The translations under genes and the position numbers were made by a program. Positions 1 to 14,674 of a DNA stretch of 64,000 nucleotides are shown piece by piece. The notes below the pieces were generated by a model, which saw only the letters and a program-made list of their open reading frames with translations, was not told where the DNA came from and did no database searches. Position 1 is the stretch's first letter. Every line of letters begins with the position of its first letter. The DNA lies in NCBI GenBank assembly GCA_964016885.1, contig OZ024741.1:172856001-172920000 (forward strand). The letters are read 5' to 3'. Source of the stretch: Eledone cirrhosa. Lineage: Eukaryota.

Positions 1-147
1 ATATATATATATATATATATATATGCGATAAAAACCACAAACTCTCCATCTCAATTCTACTTTTGAAAAGCATAAGAACTGTGAAACCGGTAACGGAAAC
101 AAATTAATATTCTTAAAAAGACTCCAGTTGCATTTTCGATTTATTTT

Positions 148-189
<42 letters not shown>

Positions 190-290
190 GGAAGAATCTG
201 TGCTTATGTCTGTTAGATTGTATATATATATATATCGAAATACGCCCGCGAGAATGCATTTGCGGTTTTGTCCGCGGAGCGCAGCCCTAA

Positions 291-481
291 TAACTGTTTC
301 TACTTTAGGCACAAGGCCAGCATTTACCCAGTACATTACTGGTACTTTATTTTATCGACCCCGTAAGGATGAAAGGCAAAGTTAACCTCGACGGGATTTG
401 AACTCAAACCGTAAAGGGACGTAAGTATGCTAGAAAGCATGGCATCCAACCCTTTACCGATATTGCCAATTCACCGCCCTT
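291..481 (-). mobile_element. tRNA-derived SINE (dominant young family)
   Basis: Minus strand reads GGCGGTGAATTGGCAATATCGG (A-box-like) ... GAGTTCAAATCCC (B box) ... GCCTTTCATCCTTACGGGGGTCGATAAAATAAAGTACC ... GGCCTTGTGCCTAAAGTAGAAACA. More than 12 near-identical copies occur in the window. Confidence 0.9.
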
Positions 482-2060
482 AATAACGCTTAATAACGGG
501 GCGCAGCCTTAATAACGCTGTGCCCTAAGCCCTGAGCCCATCCTTCCCCCCCCCCCCTCCTCATTCTTCTGGGACACTAGAGCCCTTGCCTTTCCCTTCC
601 TTTTCCGTAACCACAAAAGACACTTGAATATTCAATGTAAATCTACATTGTGTATTGAGTACTGATTAATCTGCGACTACTTTTGACGTCATTAGACCTC
701 TTAATAGCTGCCACTATTTTTGGTATTCTATAGATTTCATCTTATGGGATTTATTTGTCTATATTTACCTGAATTGTCGATGTTTCTGTGATCCTTAAGA
801 GTCAAGAAAGCTGTTTTGGGGGCTTTTTTTTTCTCGTGGAAATTTAGTTTTTCTTGGATTTACTACCATTCAGTATGCAGTGCAATTCTGTGTTGATATT
901 ATATATGTTAGGTGAAAAATAAATTCATGAGAATTAGATGTAGTAAACGTCATTAATAATTGTATAACAAGGTAGTGTACATGTATAATGTATTTATAAT
1001 ACGGCCTCTATACAATTATGTTGTTATTGTAACCCGAAGATATTTATATCCTATAATTTATTGATGATTATTATTATAATTATTTGCACATACTTATTAG
1101 AAACATTCACTACAATAATATATACGTATTGATTAAAGTGAACATAAATAGATTAATAGATTTATTCTAAAAGACGCTATCTATTTTAGTTTAGCATTTG
1201 TTAATTTAATAACACTCCATCACTTTCCTGAAATGTTAATAGCAATGTCAATACGGAACAACACATAAATTGATACCTAAAGATAAATTTGGAAGGGAAT
1301 TTAGAAAATTGATTATCATATCGGAAATTTTCTTATTTTATTTTCCAGTAAGTTTTATACGTGAATGACGTCATGATCAAGGTATATGTTGTTTCTTTTT
1401 TCCAAAAATAAAACATCAGCCAGAATTTGAAAGATACAGAGTTCGATTCTCTGTAAAGACTGCAGGTCACGTTTCCCATCTAAGAGGGATATTACTCGAT
1501 TTTCTAAGCTATTACTGGGAACAATCAACTGTACTCACAGTTATTTTCTGCGTTCGAGACTTTCTAGATTTACTAAAGCTTTATTAACGTTAGTATTTCC
1601 TCCTTTTTTCATGTATCTTACATGTCACCAAGTCATACTCGATTACGAATGATTGCCGAACTAGTTAGAGACATGTATATGATTATGTATGTAGGTATAT
1701 ATAATATGTGAATACGCAAATATGTAAGTATATTTGCGATGTATGCGTATGTATATGTTCCTCTGTGAGCGTGTGTGTGTATGTGTATGCGTATGTGTGT
1801 ATGTGTGTGTACATGTGCGTATTATTTTCCAGCACGTGCTTCTAAGGAAGATTAAGCTCAGAGAATATAAAACATAGCATCATTACAACACAGTCATCCA
1901 TAGTATAAGTTCCACTACTGGCCTTATTCTCGTCTGGTGCTCACCTAATCATACACAAAGGAATTAAGATGGATGCAACGACTGCCCTGCTTAAATCGTC
2001 AGATTTTCTAACATAACAAGCCAGTAGGAATTCAGTTACACACACCTGACCCATCATGTC

Positions 2061-2129
<69 letters not shown>

Positions 2130-2169
2130 TCTCACACACACACATACACATATACACATACACACACAC

Positions 2170-2248
<79 letters not shown>

Positions 2249-3249
2249 AAAGAAAGATAGGATGTATGCATATTTATATTTGTATATACTATATGAATAT
2301 TACTTACGCACACAGACACACATACACACACACAAGCACACTCACATTTATATATATATATATTCAGAAAGACGGACAAACGAACAAAGGAGATAATAAT
2401 AATAATTAAATGTAGGAGATATATCGAATGCTAATCCTAGGTGGAGTATAATCTCCCCCTCCAGCGTTTTCCTCTCCCGCCACCACTCTATTCTCACATA
2501 TGCTATCCTTATTATTATTATTCCACGCATCATTCCATCTATCCTATTTGTTTATATATCCCAACTATTCTGTCAATATGAACACAATTGAAGCAAGAAT
2601 TTCAAGCGTCTATGCTGCAGAATCATTACAGAACATCGAATTAAATGTTTTGCTTGCGTTTATATAGTTTTGTTTACGTTCTCAGTTCTAATTTCCCTGT
2701 GGTAGACTTTGTATTTTTATCCTTAAGAAATCAATAAAATTAGGAGACTTTCTTTTGTAGTTTAGTAGAGGAAGGAAGGGCAGCACTCGTAACTTTTCAA
2801 TGATTTACGAGGAGTGGAAGAGCAGGTGGAAAGACGGGGGTCTTCAAACAGGGAGCCAGGCACAAATGCTTGCGATAGAGCAACAGAGAAGACGCCATTA
2901 AAGATACCCAAGACTTGGGGTGGTGGTATTAAACCAGGTGACGAATTACGTCTACCAACTGAATAGGTCATGCGGTCACGGAGGGGTTTGAACTCAGAAC
3001 AAATATCATAAAGCTTTTTGTATTGTGCTCTAACAATTCCGCCAACCCACCACCCTGTGTTGGCACTTATTTTATCGACTCCGAAAGGAAGAAAGGCAAA
3101 GTTGATCTTGGCAGGATTTGGACTCAGATTTGCTGTGAGCCGGAACAAATATAACAAGGTTATGTTCTTGTAAGTTCTAACGAATCTGCCAAATCGCCAC
3201 GTTATAGCTATAATCATTGTATCTAATTTACCAAAAAGTATGTTTTAGT

Positions 3250-3545
3250 GAAGGCTTAGTGGGTTGAGAGTTGGATCTACAGGCTGTGAGTTCGATTCCC
3301 GGGCCGGCGACGAGTTGTGTCCTTGGGTAAGATTCTTTATTTCACGTTGCTCCAGTTCACTCGGCTGTAGAAATGTGTTGCGACATCACTGGTGCCAAGC
3401 TGTATCAGCCTTTGCCTTTCTCTTGGACAACATCGGTGGCATGGAGAGGTGAGACAGCTATTCACGGGTGACTGCTAGTCATCCACAAATACACCTTACC
3501 CAGTCTTGTGTCTCAGATTATTAGCTAGTGAATCTATGGAACCTT
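3250..3545 (+). mobile_element. Older tRNA-derived SINE (second family), degenerate
   Basis: Head GGCTTAGTGG...GAGTTCGATTCCCGGG (A/B-box-like) followed by GTTGTGTCCTTGGGTAAG. A similar degenerate copy lies near 56500-56770. Confidence 0.55.
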
Positions 3546-5149
3546 CAATATTAGAAAAAATCATTAAAAAATACCCATGCTGACAATTGCTGACGTCAAG
3601 TTTGTTTTCATTTGCACGAATGCGAGAAAATAATAGATTATGCGTCTCTTACAAAATGTCATTACGGATTGCCTAATCCAGAATGTTACACACCATGTGT
3701 AAATAATTGATCCTGTCATCTGTTGTTGAGGTTGTAACAAGCCAGCAACATAATCAGTAGAATCCCTTTGAGCATTAATACAATACAACGACGAATTGAT
3801 AACCGAGAAACTGGTGTGGAAGACGCGTTATGCAAAATTTTAGAAATACCTACCTTTAGTGATAACTGCATGAATTAATTCTCTTAGGAAATAAAACTTT
3901 ACTGTTAGCTTATATATGGTTTATAAAACATTAAAAAAAAGAGAGAAACTTACTCAGAAGTTATTATTTCCTAGACACTTGTTGACAGATACCTGAGGCA
4001 AGTCGATATTTCTTGTCGAGGGGTGGATTTGGTTTTTAAGAAAAAGAGATTCCTCTTACAAGTATGATACATTCGACAGATGCAGCTATGTCGATGATGG
4101 ACTGTGTACAATTTAAAATGTCAGTGCCTAATGCATTTTCAGGGAATGTTTTGACAATATTTATTTGCTAAAACCCTTAGTAGTCGTTAGCATCATTTAT
4201 TGGAATATGGACTTAGAGTAATTAACTTCCGAAACAATTCTTTCAATAATAGATTATTCAGATAGAATTTAATTGGCTGCTATTCCACACTGAAGTCCGC
4301 TGATTGTTGAAATATGCCTATCTGAGTAACTTTTATAAACATTTTGTGATAGTTTTGGAATCCTTAAAAACAAAGATAATTTCATGAAAAAAACAAAGAA
4401 GTTTTAAGTGTCAATTTATACGGCAAATACATATTTCAAATTTAATTAAATGAATTTACAGGTTCAAGGAGATAAACTCTATTTGATTCAGACAAACGTT
4501 GACAGATAATTAGTTAGTTCGAGAGAGAGATTGAGAGAGAAAGCGGAGTGTCCATATGGACAAAGTAAAAGAGATCTCACAATTTGGATAAAGCAAGTGT
4601 TTAAAATGAAGGTAATAGTTCAGCTTAGCATATCGTTACTTCAAGTTGCATATCCTAAGGGAAGTCTTAAGGAATCATTAAAGTAGTCAACAAACACGAA
4701 TGCAGTATCAACATTCTTAACGTCGCACAGGTGTATCTAGAAATGTGTGTGTGTGTGGGGGGGGGTGTTTATGAACGCATGTATAGATGTATGTATTTAT
4801 GTATCTATGTGTGAATGTATGTGTTGGTATGTATATATTTGTAAGTGTGCATGCTAGTATGAATGTATGTACGTAAGTGTGCATGCATGTATGTGTGTGT
4901 GGCTATGCACGTATGTATGTGTATGTAAGTAACACAAAGCATGGGTCGAGATGAGGCGCTGTAAATGACACATGTCGAAGATGCTACACAGTGAGATCTA
5001 ACCCTAATGATTGCAAAATTAACTCCTCAACCATTCAACAATGCCTTATGAGTGAAACAGTGTAGACAATGGAACCAGTTTGGAATCCGGTCGAATGGAC
5101 TGTACCTTAATTTAATAGTCCAACCTTAGTAACATTGAATTTGATTAAT

Positions 5150-5480
5150 AATTAAGCTAAGCGTATACTATGACAATCAAAGACGTTCATATCACAAACG
5201 AAATGGAGGTTATTGAAATCAATTTTTTTTCTCAATGCTACTGAGACATAGACGAGTGCCGTCAGAACTGAAAAGCAGCTTGATACTTTCCAACAAAGAT
5301 GCCTCCAAAAGATCTTGGAAATTAGATGGCAAGAAAGATCACAAACGAGGATGGGCTTCGAGGAGTCAATGCTATATGCCTGAGTCTTATTAACAACGGC
5401 AGAAGAATGCAGCTGACAGATCATGTCCTACAAATGGTGGACAACATCTCAACAAGAACTGCACTGAAAATGACATAATG
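5150..5480 (+). pseudogene. Degenerate RTE-like LINE ORF, 3' fragment
   Basis: Frameshifted translation gives ..DTFQQRCLQKILEIRWQER..HVLQM.., resembling the RTE C-terminal region. Confidence 0.5.
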
Positions 5481-5499
5481 CAGTTAAGGCAAGGCTGAA

Positions 5500-7720
5500 G
5501 TAAATTTTAGCAATGGTTTAGAAGAAAATGGAAAAACGGAAAAAAGACCGATCGAGAGACATTAGTCATGAAGTATAAAATACGGAAGAATGGATTTTAT
5601 ACAGTAATGGAGCAATTAAGAGAGAGGATTTTCTCAAAAAGACAGAAGATAAGTGATCAGAAATAAGTAGTACGAAGAGAATAGATTTTTCCAAAATAAT
5701 CCAAAGCAATTATTCCGCACTTAATAATGGGAATGGTGATGTCTCTTATGCTAACCAGGCTAAGGAATCCTGGAATGAGATATAAGGAAGAAACGCTGTG
5801 ATATAAAGAAGTGGTACCGATTGGATAGAAACCATCAAGACAGAGTTCCAAGGAGGAAATAGACAAACATTACCATACGCAGCTGATGTGAAGGACCAAG
5901 TAGCCAAGATACCTGGAATGCTCCTGGTCCAGATGAGATCCATGGCATTTGGTTGAAGAGATGTAATGCGGTTCATGAAAAACTGGCAACTCAATTGAAT
6001 AAATGTGTCCAGAGAGGAGCGGTTCTCTCTTGGATGTTAATGGGAAGAACAACGCTTATAAAACAAGATAGAAGTAAGAGGAATGCTGTGGGAAACTATC
6101 ATCCTATAGTATTCCTGGATATAATATGGATGGTACTTACTAAAATATTTGCAAAGAAGGTATATACCAAGGGAATAAGAAGGATGTAGGAAAAGATCTC
6201 AGGGTAGCAACGATCACCTGGTGATCCATAAAACATTTTTGAGGTATTGTAAAAAACATTATACCAACATGTTTGTGGCCAGGATCGACTTTAAAAAATC
6301 ATATGATATGGTGACTTATTCTTGGATTGTTGAATGCCTGCAGATGTTTGGTATGGTTGAAAACATCACACACTTTCTTCTGAATAGTATGCTAAAGTGG
6401 AAGACCATGTTATACTCCGGCAATGCATTCCTTGGAGAAGTAGAAATTAAAAGTGGCATCATAAAGGTAACATATTTTTACGATTACTATTTGTCATTTC
6501 CCTTATAACACTAACACTTAGGAATGTTAAAATGGTTACTAATGTGGAAAGAAAGAACCATTCATAAACTATATTCTGTTTATGGATGACCTGAAACTGA
6601 ATAAGGAGTGAAAGGAGAAAGCATACAGAATATTTGGTAATCAGTGATAAAGAGTTGTTGCAATATGCAGCAGTAATCTGGGTATAAATGCTGAAGAAAT
6701 GGCTGCAAAGAAAAAAGAGTTTAACCAAAGAGTTGAAGAGAAGACAAAAGGAGATTTTCTAGATATGAATGCACGGGCAATTGTAAAGTATTATATAGGA
6801 TATGAAGGATAAAATAACATCATGGACATGATTTAAAGCAAGGTGATTTGTAACATGCTACTGAAAGCCTTACAGCTGCAGCACAAAACCAAACTCTTGC
6901 TATCAATTCGGTGAAGTGTAACATCTGCAAAACTTCTGACACTCAGAAATACAGACGCTGTGAAAAGAATGTGGAAAATGTAACCCACTTGGTAAGTGGA
7001 TGAGAGGCCCCTGCGCAAAAGGAATACAAGCACTGCCATAGAATACTTACACTGATAGAGTAATTGACCATCGCTGATTGGACATTGTCGTATTGAACAA
7101 GAAAGTTAAATACTGTTAAATAATAGATGTAACCATACCAAATAACATAAATATTGCAAGTAAAGAGGTTGGCAAAATCACCAAATATTCCGAATTGAAG
7201 GTGGAACTGACAACACTGATTTGAATGCAGGAGTATAATGTGAAAGTGATACCTGTTGTAATCAGGGCATTAGGGTCAGTCCCATTGAAACTCCAAGACT
7301 TCTTAAAGTGGTTGGAAATACCATACAAGATTGGTGTCGTACAAAAATCAGCCTTGCTAGGTATGACGCGCATTTTAAGGAAAGTATTATCTGTCTGAAG
7401 ACCTTGTTGTAATTTGACAGATGACTAAATACTCCGGTGCATTTCCCATCTACACTGCGTGACAAAGTGAATGATAATAATAATTGACAAAGAACTGAAG
7501 AAGGTTGAGAGAAATGAACCACTAGTATGGGAGATTAAACATTTGTGGACAATGAAAAAGGTTTAGGTGATCCCAGTTGTATTTGAGGCACTGGCACTGC
7601 GAGCACCAGAAATGAAAGCTATTTTAAAATTATTGGGGTCAACATCACGGAGAGGCCCCTACAGAACAAAACACTCTTCGGAACTGCCAGGATAATCAGA
7701 AAAGTGCCTGAGTATTGAAG
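5500..7720 (+). pseudogene. Degenerate RLE-clade non-LTR retrotransposon (R4/Dong-like)
   Basis: Broken frames give RT motifs GRTTLIKQDRSKRNAVGNYHPI, IDFKKSYDMVTYSWIVECLQMFG and ILFMDDLKL. The restriction-like endonuclease tail DIVVLNK..IIDVTIP..KITKYSELKVEL..KVIPVVIRALGSVP is at ~7080-7400. A second RLE tail (VIPVVF..FGTARIIRKV) is at ~7500-7720. Many stops and frameshifts. Confidence 0.8.
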
Positions 7721-7794
7721 CTGCCACCTCAGTCCAATCGTTGTGGACAGCTGGTACCAGAAGTACATCACCAACAAATGCTGTACAAATAAAT

Positions 7795-7975
7795 AATTGT
7801 TTCTACTTTAGGCACAAGGCCAGCAATTACCCAGTGCATTACTGGTACTTTATTTTATCGACCCCGTAAGGATGAAAGGCAAAGTCAACCTCGGCGGGAT
7901 TTGAACTCAGATCGTAAAGGGACATAACTATGCTGGAAAGCATGGCGTCTGACCCTCTACCGATACTGCCAATCC
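7795..7975 (-). mobile_element. tRNA-derived SINE, interrupted near its 5' end
   Basis: Same family as 291-481; the head stops at GCCAATCC. Confidence 0.9.
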
Positions 7976-8213
7976 TGGCGTCGACGATAGGATTTACCTA
8001 CATTGCCGGGAAATTGTTTATCACAAAAACATGGCGGAACAACAAACAGCGGAGCTAATAAAGTTGTTTAGAGAACAGATGGAACAACAAATGCAACAAC
8101 ACAAGAAAGATATGGACACTCTGATAAAACTGTTTGGTGCTCGAGATTCTGAACAACAGAGTTTATTGGCGTCGCCAGTTGCTTCGACACCAACAGCATT
8201 CATCCCACCATAA
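7976..8213 (+). mobile_element. Ty3/gypsy-like internal fragment: PBS-like sequence plus gag N-terminus, no LTR
   Basis: Starts TGGCGTCGACGATAGG (PBS-like), followed by ORF 8031-8213 MAEQQTAELIKLFREQMEQQMQQHKKDMDTLIKL...FIPP, a Gln-rich gag-like start. Confidence 0.5.
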
Positions 8214-8218
8214 ATAAA

Positions 8219-8418
8219 TAATGGTTTCTTATTTGGCGGGAGGGGACAGTCGATTAAATCAACCCCAGTGCGTGACTGGTACTTTATTTATCGACCCCGT
8301 ATGGATGAAAGTCAAAGTTAACCTAGGCGGGATTTGAAATCAGATCATAAAGGGCCGTAACTCTATGCTGCAAAGCATGGCTTCCGACCCTCTACCGATA
8401 CTGCCAATCCACCGCCCT
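8219..8418 (-). mobile_element. tRNA-derived SINE (variant with longer 3' part)
   Basis: Same head and core as 291-481, plus an extra GGGGACAGTCGATTAAATC segment similar to the one in the 11689 copy. Confidence 0.85.
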
Positions 8419-8858
8419 ACAATCCACCGCTGTACAAATAAATAATAATAACAATACAAATGATAATAATATTCTCCACTTTCTTCTTCTGCTTAATTAT
8501 TCGACTTGTTTTTCCTCTTCCTCTTCTTACTTCTAATTTCATCTGATCATTGTATTTTGGTTTCCTTAAATCCAACCCCTCGTGACCGACTGCTATTCAT
8601 ATCGAGGCTTTATAAAACCTATCATTTTCTACATCGGTTGACGAGGTGGATAGTCAAATATCTGGATGTTCCGGAAGATAGATATAGACATATTTTATGT
8701 AATTAGTATATAAGAAATTTATTATTATCGTTCACTTCAAGTACACATTGGTCATAGCGTAAATTAATTTCTTGAGCATTTTCAGTGAATATATATTTAG
8801 CTTGTATCTGTCAGCTAGTTACCACATACACGCAGACACACACGCAGACACACACGCA

Positions 8859-8928
<70 letters not shown>

Positions 8929-10366
8929 TGTGTGTGCACTCGTGTATATATATATATATATATATATATAAGGGATATATGTGTTTGTGTGTATGTGAGT
9001 GTGTGTGTCTGTGTTTGTTTTTGTGTATGAGTGCTAACCGTGTTATCTATCACTCCACCATTGGGCTATATATCTATCAGCCTGTCAATATGTCTAGCTA
9101 ACTAGTTATGCATCACCAACAATGCTTTATTGTGCAGTCTCAAGGCTTACAAATTATCAGCTCTGGTAGAAGTGACGTTAAATCACACATGAAGTGAATA
9201 AACACAAATCTGACATTAAATTCTATTGCTAAGAATATTCCAAGAAAAATACAAAAAGAAATATTCACTTTTGTTTCAAAGATCAATTTCTACTCACCAT
9301 ACATCACCGCACTACGCCACACTAGACCACCTACAGCACAATACACCACAAGGTTATTCTTTTAAGTATTGTTGATACTGTTACTTTCTTTTATGTTGTT
9401 GTTGTTGAGTTTTGTTGCTATTGTTGTTGTTGTTGTTTTGGGAATTTCTACTAATGTTTTGTTGACCTTGTCTAAATTTATGTTACAGTGTGTGGTTATT
9501 ATTGTTGTTGTCGCTACTGTTTCTGATGCTGTTTATATATTTGTTATCAGAGGAAGAAATGCAGCACCCATTACCTTTCTGGCTGGGAAGAGGGGTGCTG
9601 CAGGTAGTTCTAGTGGTGATGTTAGTGGTCGTGGGAGTTTGGGTTATGGTGTTTGTGGCGATGGCTAGAGGTTCTATTCATAGCAATGGAAATGATGAGG
9701 AATGATATTTGTGGTAGTGATCTCCTATGAAGAAAGGAAAAAATAGAATTACTGTATACAAATTCCATATAGTCGACAAGGAAATCTGCAATCAAACTGA
9801 TGAACTATATGCCGAAACAACATGACCTTGAATACCAAATCGAATCAGGGACTAATTGGGAGAAGGGAAGTAAGGGAAAAATCCCGATTCATGATCTGAT
9901 ATAATTAGCAGCCGTATGCCAGAATAATGGGATTTATTTAGACTGGAGACTTGGTCAAGACCGAATGCTTGTAACAAAATAGACTCCATTAAATCTTACC
10001 TAACGGACAAATAAAGTGGTGAATTGTCAAAACCGTTAAAGCGGTTTGTTCCGGGTCTCTGCGCTGTGAGTTCAAATCCTATTGATGTCATCTTTTCATT
10101 TCATTCTCATGGGTCCTATAAATATAGTACCATCTGTTAGATGGTCGGATGGGTTGTCTTGCGCTAAGTGTTCCGACTCGGTGGGTTCTGATTTCAATTT
10201 CCGCTTCCTGTCACTGCGAAATGAGAAAATGATAGGATTGTGGCTCCTATCGTTAGAACATCCAAGAAACCTCTCATGAGATACAGACTCATGCAAAACC
10301 AGTTAAATCTACGAGGTGGAGCTAAAACAACAACAACAAGAAACAAGAAGCTTTGTTAAACCAAAT

Positions 10367-10547
10367 AATTGTTTCTACTTTGGTACAAGGCCAGAAATTA
10401 TCCCAGTGCATTACTGGTGCTTTATTTTATCGACTCCGTAAGGATGAAAGGCAAAGTTAACCTCGGCAGGATTTGAACTCAGACAGAAAAGGGGCATAAC
10501 TCTATGCAGCAAAGCGTGGCGTCCGCTCCTCTACCGATACTGCCAAT
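10367..10547 (-). mobile_element. tRNA-derived SINE
   Basis: Near-identical to the 291-481 family. Confidence 0.9.
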
Positions 10548-11688
10548 AATGTGAATAAGTCAACAGGCCAAAATAGTCACAGTCCAAACAACAAGATTTC
10601 GCAGTTTTACTTATTTTAGTTATAGAATTTTTCAGTTTTATTTTTACGTTTCTTTTGTGTAGATTTTCCATTTGTCGCTGGGCGTCAAAAACATTAAACT
10701 AGGTGCAAATTAACAAGAGTTAAAGTAATGTGCTAAACTCAAGGATCGGCCGCACAATGTTTGGGTTTACCCAAAGCTGTGGTAGAAGGAACTTGCCGAT
10801 GGTTTAACATAAAAGAATTTATCCTGAGACCACGTAATCGCAAAGCTAAGGTCTTAATCATATGACTATGCCTACACTCTATAAATAAAAGCGTTCCAGA
10901 TATGACTAATCCGTCAGACACTTTGCATTTTACCTTATCGAACGTGGCCTTTCTTTTTCAAAGACGATATGGTGTGTTTCGTGATTATATTTAGATGATC
11001 GAACAAAAACAAAGGTTCTTTTGTTGTTGTTTTTATGTTGTTATTTCGTTCTTAAAAGTTTCCCTCGAGTCCACATTAGTGGCAGTTCTAATGGCGGTAG
11101 TGATGGCAGTTGTGTTATTGTTATTTAAACCCAATGTTTGCCTAGACTTGATCAACTGCATCGATCATTATATATATCGTATAAGTTTCTAAAATAGTTG
11201 GTGTGATTTGCGGGAACTTTTGCTACTATTTCTAACAGACAGAAGTTGCCTTACATAAAAGCAGTGGTAATGCATAAGGTGGATAATGTCTTTGGTGATG
11301 TTGTTGGTGTCTGTGGTGGCAGTGGTGGTGGCGAAGATGATTTTGATGAGAAGCGGAGTGGAAAGACGGAATGTGAAAAACACTGAATCTCAATCAATTC
11401 GCAGTCAATTAGCCATAAAAGGGGGAAATAAATATAATGAGATTGTTATTCAATCTCTTCAGCGAAATGAAAGGCAGAGATGAGTTGATAAGTTGATGAT
11501 TTGACCTCTGTTGACCTTAATTGACCCAAGATAATCTACATTGACGTTTAGTGAGTGGCTGAGTGATTCTGGAGTATCTTCTTTTTATAATGAACTACAT
11601 CTCACTATAAATATCTAATAAATGCCTTCTCTATTCTGTCTGCCGGGGCCGTGGGGCAGCCAGTGCATGGGTCCTCATTTGTTCATAA

Positions 11689-11898
11689 TAATGGTTTCTT
11701 ATATAGGCACAATGCCAGCAATTTGGGGAGAGGTTAAAGTCGATTAAATCGACACCAGTGCATTACTGGTACTTTATTTTATCGACCCGTAAGAATAAAA
11801 GACAAAGTTAAACTCGGCGGGATTTGAACTCAGATTATAAAGAGCCGTAACTCTATGCTGCAAAGCATGGCGTCCGGCCTTCTACCGATACTGCCAAT
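11689..11898 (-). mobile_element. tRNA-derived SINE (long variant)
   Basis: Same family core with B box GAGTTCAAATCCC. Confidence 0.85.
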
Positions 11899-12978
11899 CA
11901 TAATAGTGAGAGATGGATAGAGAGGGAGAGGCGGGGGCAGTGACAGTAGGAGTTTGGTTCTTTCGTGTTCGGACCTGGTGTATATGTATATGTTTCACGA
12001 ACACACACATTCACACATCTGTTTCCTTACTACAACTAGTTTAGTGAATTATATTGTATTTACCAGTAAATTGTAGGTTTGTTATTCAGACATATATACG
12101 TACAAGATCGGCGGGTTATATTTAAACAAATGCATAGCAAACAACGCACGTACACATACACACACTCCCTCTGTCTCTCTCTCTCACACACACACTCACG
12201 CACACGCACGCACATTCACACACACAAACACACACACATAATACACATACACAGACAACATATAAATCTAGACACACATGGGAATCGCCACTCAATCATT
12301 TCTCTTAATCAAGTCTTATTACAATAGATTTTTTTATGGTCTAATGACCGTAGCCACAATGATTTTTAATCGATATATCAACACCTATACTTAATCTGGT
12401 ACTTATTTTATCGATCTCTGTTTGTCGAGCGGATGTATTTATATGGATGAAGTGCGATAATTCGTTTTTATTTTGGAAATTTCAAATATTGTGTTCCTAT
12501 TGGTGTAAATCTTCGACTTTCTTTTCCCATTTCTCTTTTCGGAGTCAGCATAACTCTGTGGATAGAGAAGAAATAAAAAAGATGGAGGATGAAAGAGGAA
12601 AACAGAGGAGAGAGAGGGTGGAGATATCACTGTACGTTTGAAACTCCGCTTTAAACTACAATCCATTTGTTGGTGGGTAATATGGCAGCAAACCTTGGAT
12701 TTAACCGACACTTTCCTTTTTTTTGCCGATTGTCATTGAGACCTCTAGTGTCCTCAAACTCCTGATTGCAATGTGTAAATGAGGTGATTAATCTCATTTG
12801 CATATGAAGCTGTATAAGTTGGCTCAACTTAATATAGAACAGAATTAGAATTTAGCTTCAAACATAGCTGTATACAAATAACTCGACTGGTTCTCGTCAG
12901 GACGAGAGATTATTTACACAGACGAAAACACTTTTTTTTCGCCTGTATTCAAAGTCCAGCAGTTGCAAGAGCGGGAAA

Positions 12979-13024
12979 GATCGTCCTGACGAGGACCAGT
13001 TGAGTTCGAAATGCATCGAAGATT
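12979..13024 (+). ncRNA. Type I hammerhead ribozyme motif (family H1)
   Basis: gatcgtc-CTGACGA-ggac[cagttga]gttc-GAAA-tgca-TC-gaagatt. Palindromic stem III ATGCAT; one stem I mismatch. Homologous to 37467-37510 and 52548-52591. Confidence 0.7.
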
Positions 13025-13363
13025 GTCTCCCTTGCTTCTGCCAAGCACCGTTGTGTGGGGTTAGCTGCCAGTGTATTTCATAGCTATGGCTTTCTAAATG
13101 TTTATTTATAAACATACCGTATTTCTTTAAAAATACGAAATTCAATTACATATTTGTATACAGTTATGTTCGAAGCTAAATTCTAATTCTATTACTTTTT
13201 TTGTATGTTTTGTCATTCTTTGGTACTTATATATTTCTACCGCATTATACCGGCTTTGTGAAACTTATCAGTCATTTATGTGAGTGTGTATGTGTGAGTG
13301 GTTTCTATTCTCATCCAAACCAGCATGGAGATGTATGTGTGTGTGTGAGTGTATGTATATATA

Positions 13364-13617
13364 TAATACAAGGACGAATTGTTAAGCCTTCATTGCGTTT
13401 ATTGATTGGTGACGTGCGTTTCACTATTGATCATCTCAAGGTTCGATCTGTATCGATCTGGCCCGACACTGGAATCAAAAGCTCGTTGGACCTCTGTTGT
13501 AGTAATGACAGAATCCTGTTATTACTACAATAGATCGAACCTTCAGCTGATCAATAGCGAAACGCACGTCACCAATCAATAAACGTAATGGAGGCTTAAC
13601 AATACGTCCTTGTATTA
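13364..13617. repeat. Fold-back element (family H2) carrying a long-stem-II hammerhead variant
   Basis: Inverted arms 13364-13449 and 13532-13617, with a nested hairpin at 13496-13530. GAAACGCACGTC-acc...AATAAA lies in the arms. Homologous to 52131-52330. Confidence 0.75.
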
Positions 13618-13817
13618 TTATATTATACTCTGTCTAGCTCTACTCCTCGCTACTGGCGTGAACCTAAACATCGAGTGCTCACCTGGGTGAACCTACAGTA
13701 ACTTCAAGTTATTAAGTTGAGCACTCTACAGTTTCGGGAAATTAACTAACATATAAGCTCTGTAGCCTACATAGAGCACTCTTTTTTTTTCCTGTACCTT
13801 TCTGACGGAAATACTTC

Positions 13818-13904
<87 letters not shown>

Positions 13905-14621
13905 TTTGAATATTGCCTTTCGAAGTACAGAAATCACAATGGTCTCCAGTAGTTGGCTGACATTATGGGAATTTATCCGTGGTTTTTTCCGCTGTCCTTG
14001 TTATATGTGCTCATTTTGGATAATTGATTATTTACTTTTAGCCAACACACGTCTCTTTCACTTCCCTCTAAAAATAGGCTATATACTACCTGCGACCCTT
14101 TCTTTCTTTTCCTTTTCCGTTTCCTTCTTTCTTTCTTCCTCTATCTTTATCTCTCGCTCCAGCTTTCTTTTGTCCCTTTCTATTTATTCCTCCACGTAAT
14201 ACTTTCTTGACCTCAGGTGACCGCCACGTCTCTCTCCAACAGTCTGCTACTATCAATCTTACTATTCATATTGCTGCAGTCTCATCTCAGAATTTTACGT
14301 CCGAATATATTATTTTTTCTCTCTCTTTCTTTATGGCTGACGTATGCACACTGTACCATGCTGCATCTCTTTTCGTTTTCAATTGAATCACTCTGGGTTG
14401 AATGTAAAGCGTCTTGCCTTTAGTCGAAAAGACACATTGTCTCGCTATTTGTATTACTGCAGTCCAAAACTTTCGAAGCACCGTTTACTAGTAGTTTACT
14501 AGTAGTTTACTGCCGATACAGGGATTTGTCCATGTTTTTATCTGTTGTAACTGTCGTGTGTGGTCTTTTTAATTATATAAATGTATATATATATGTGTGT
14601 GTGTGTGTCTGTGTGTCTGTG

Positions 14622-14674
<53 letters not shown>

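Noticed and set aside
9369-9705. Hydrophobic Val/Leu-rich ORFs resembling membrane proteins (also 10995-11483 and 50427-50675)
   Set aside because: They derive from degenerate (GTT)n/(GGT)n/(CAC)n trinucleotide tracts.
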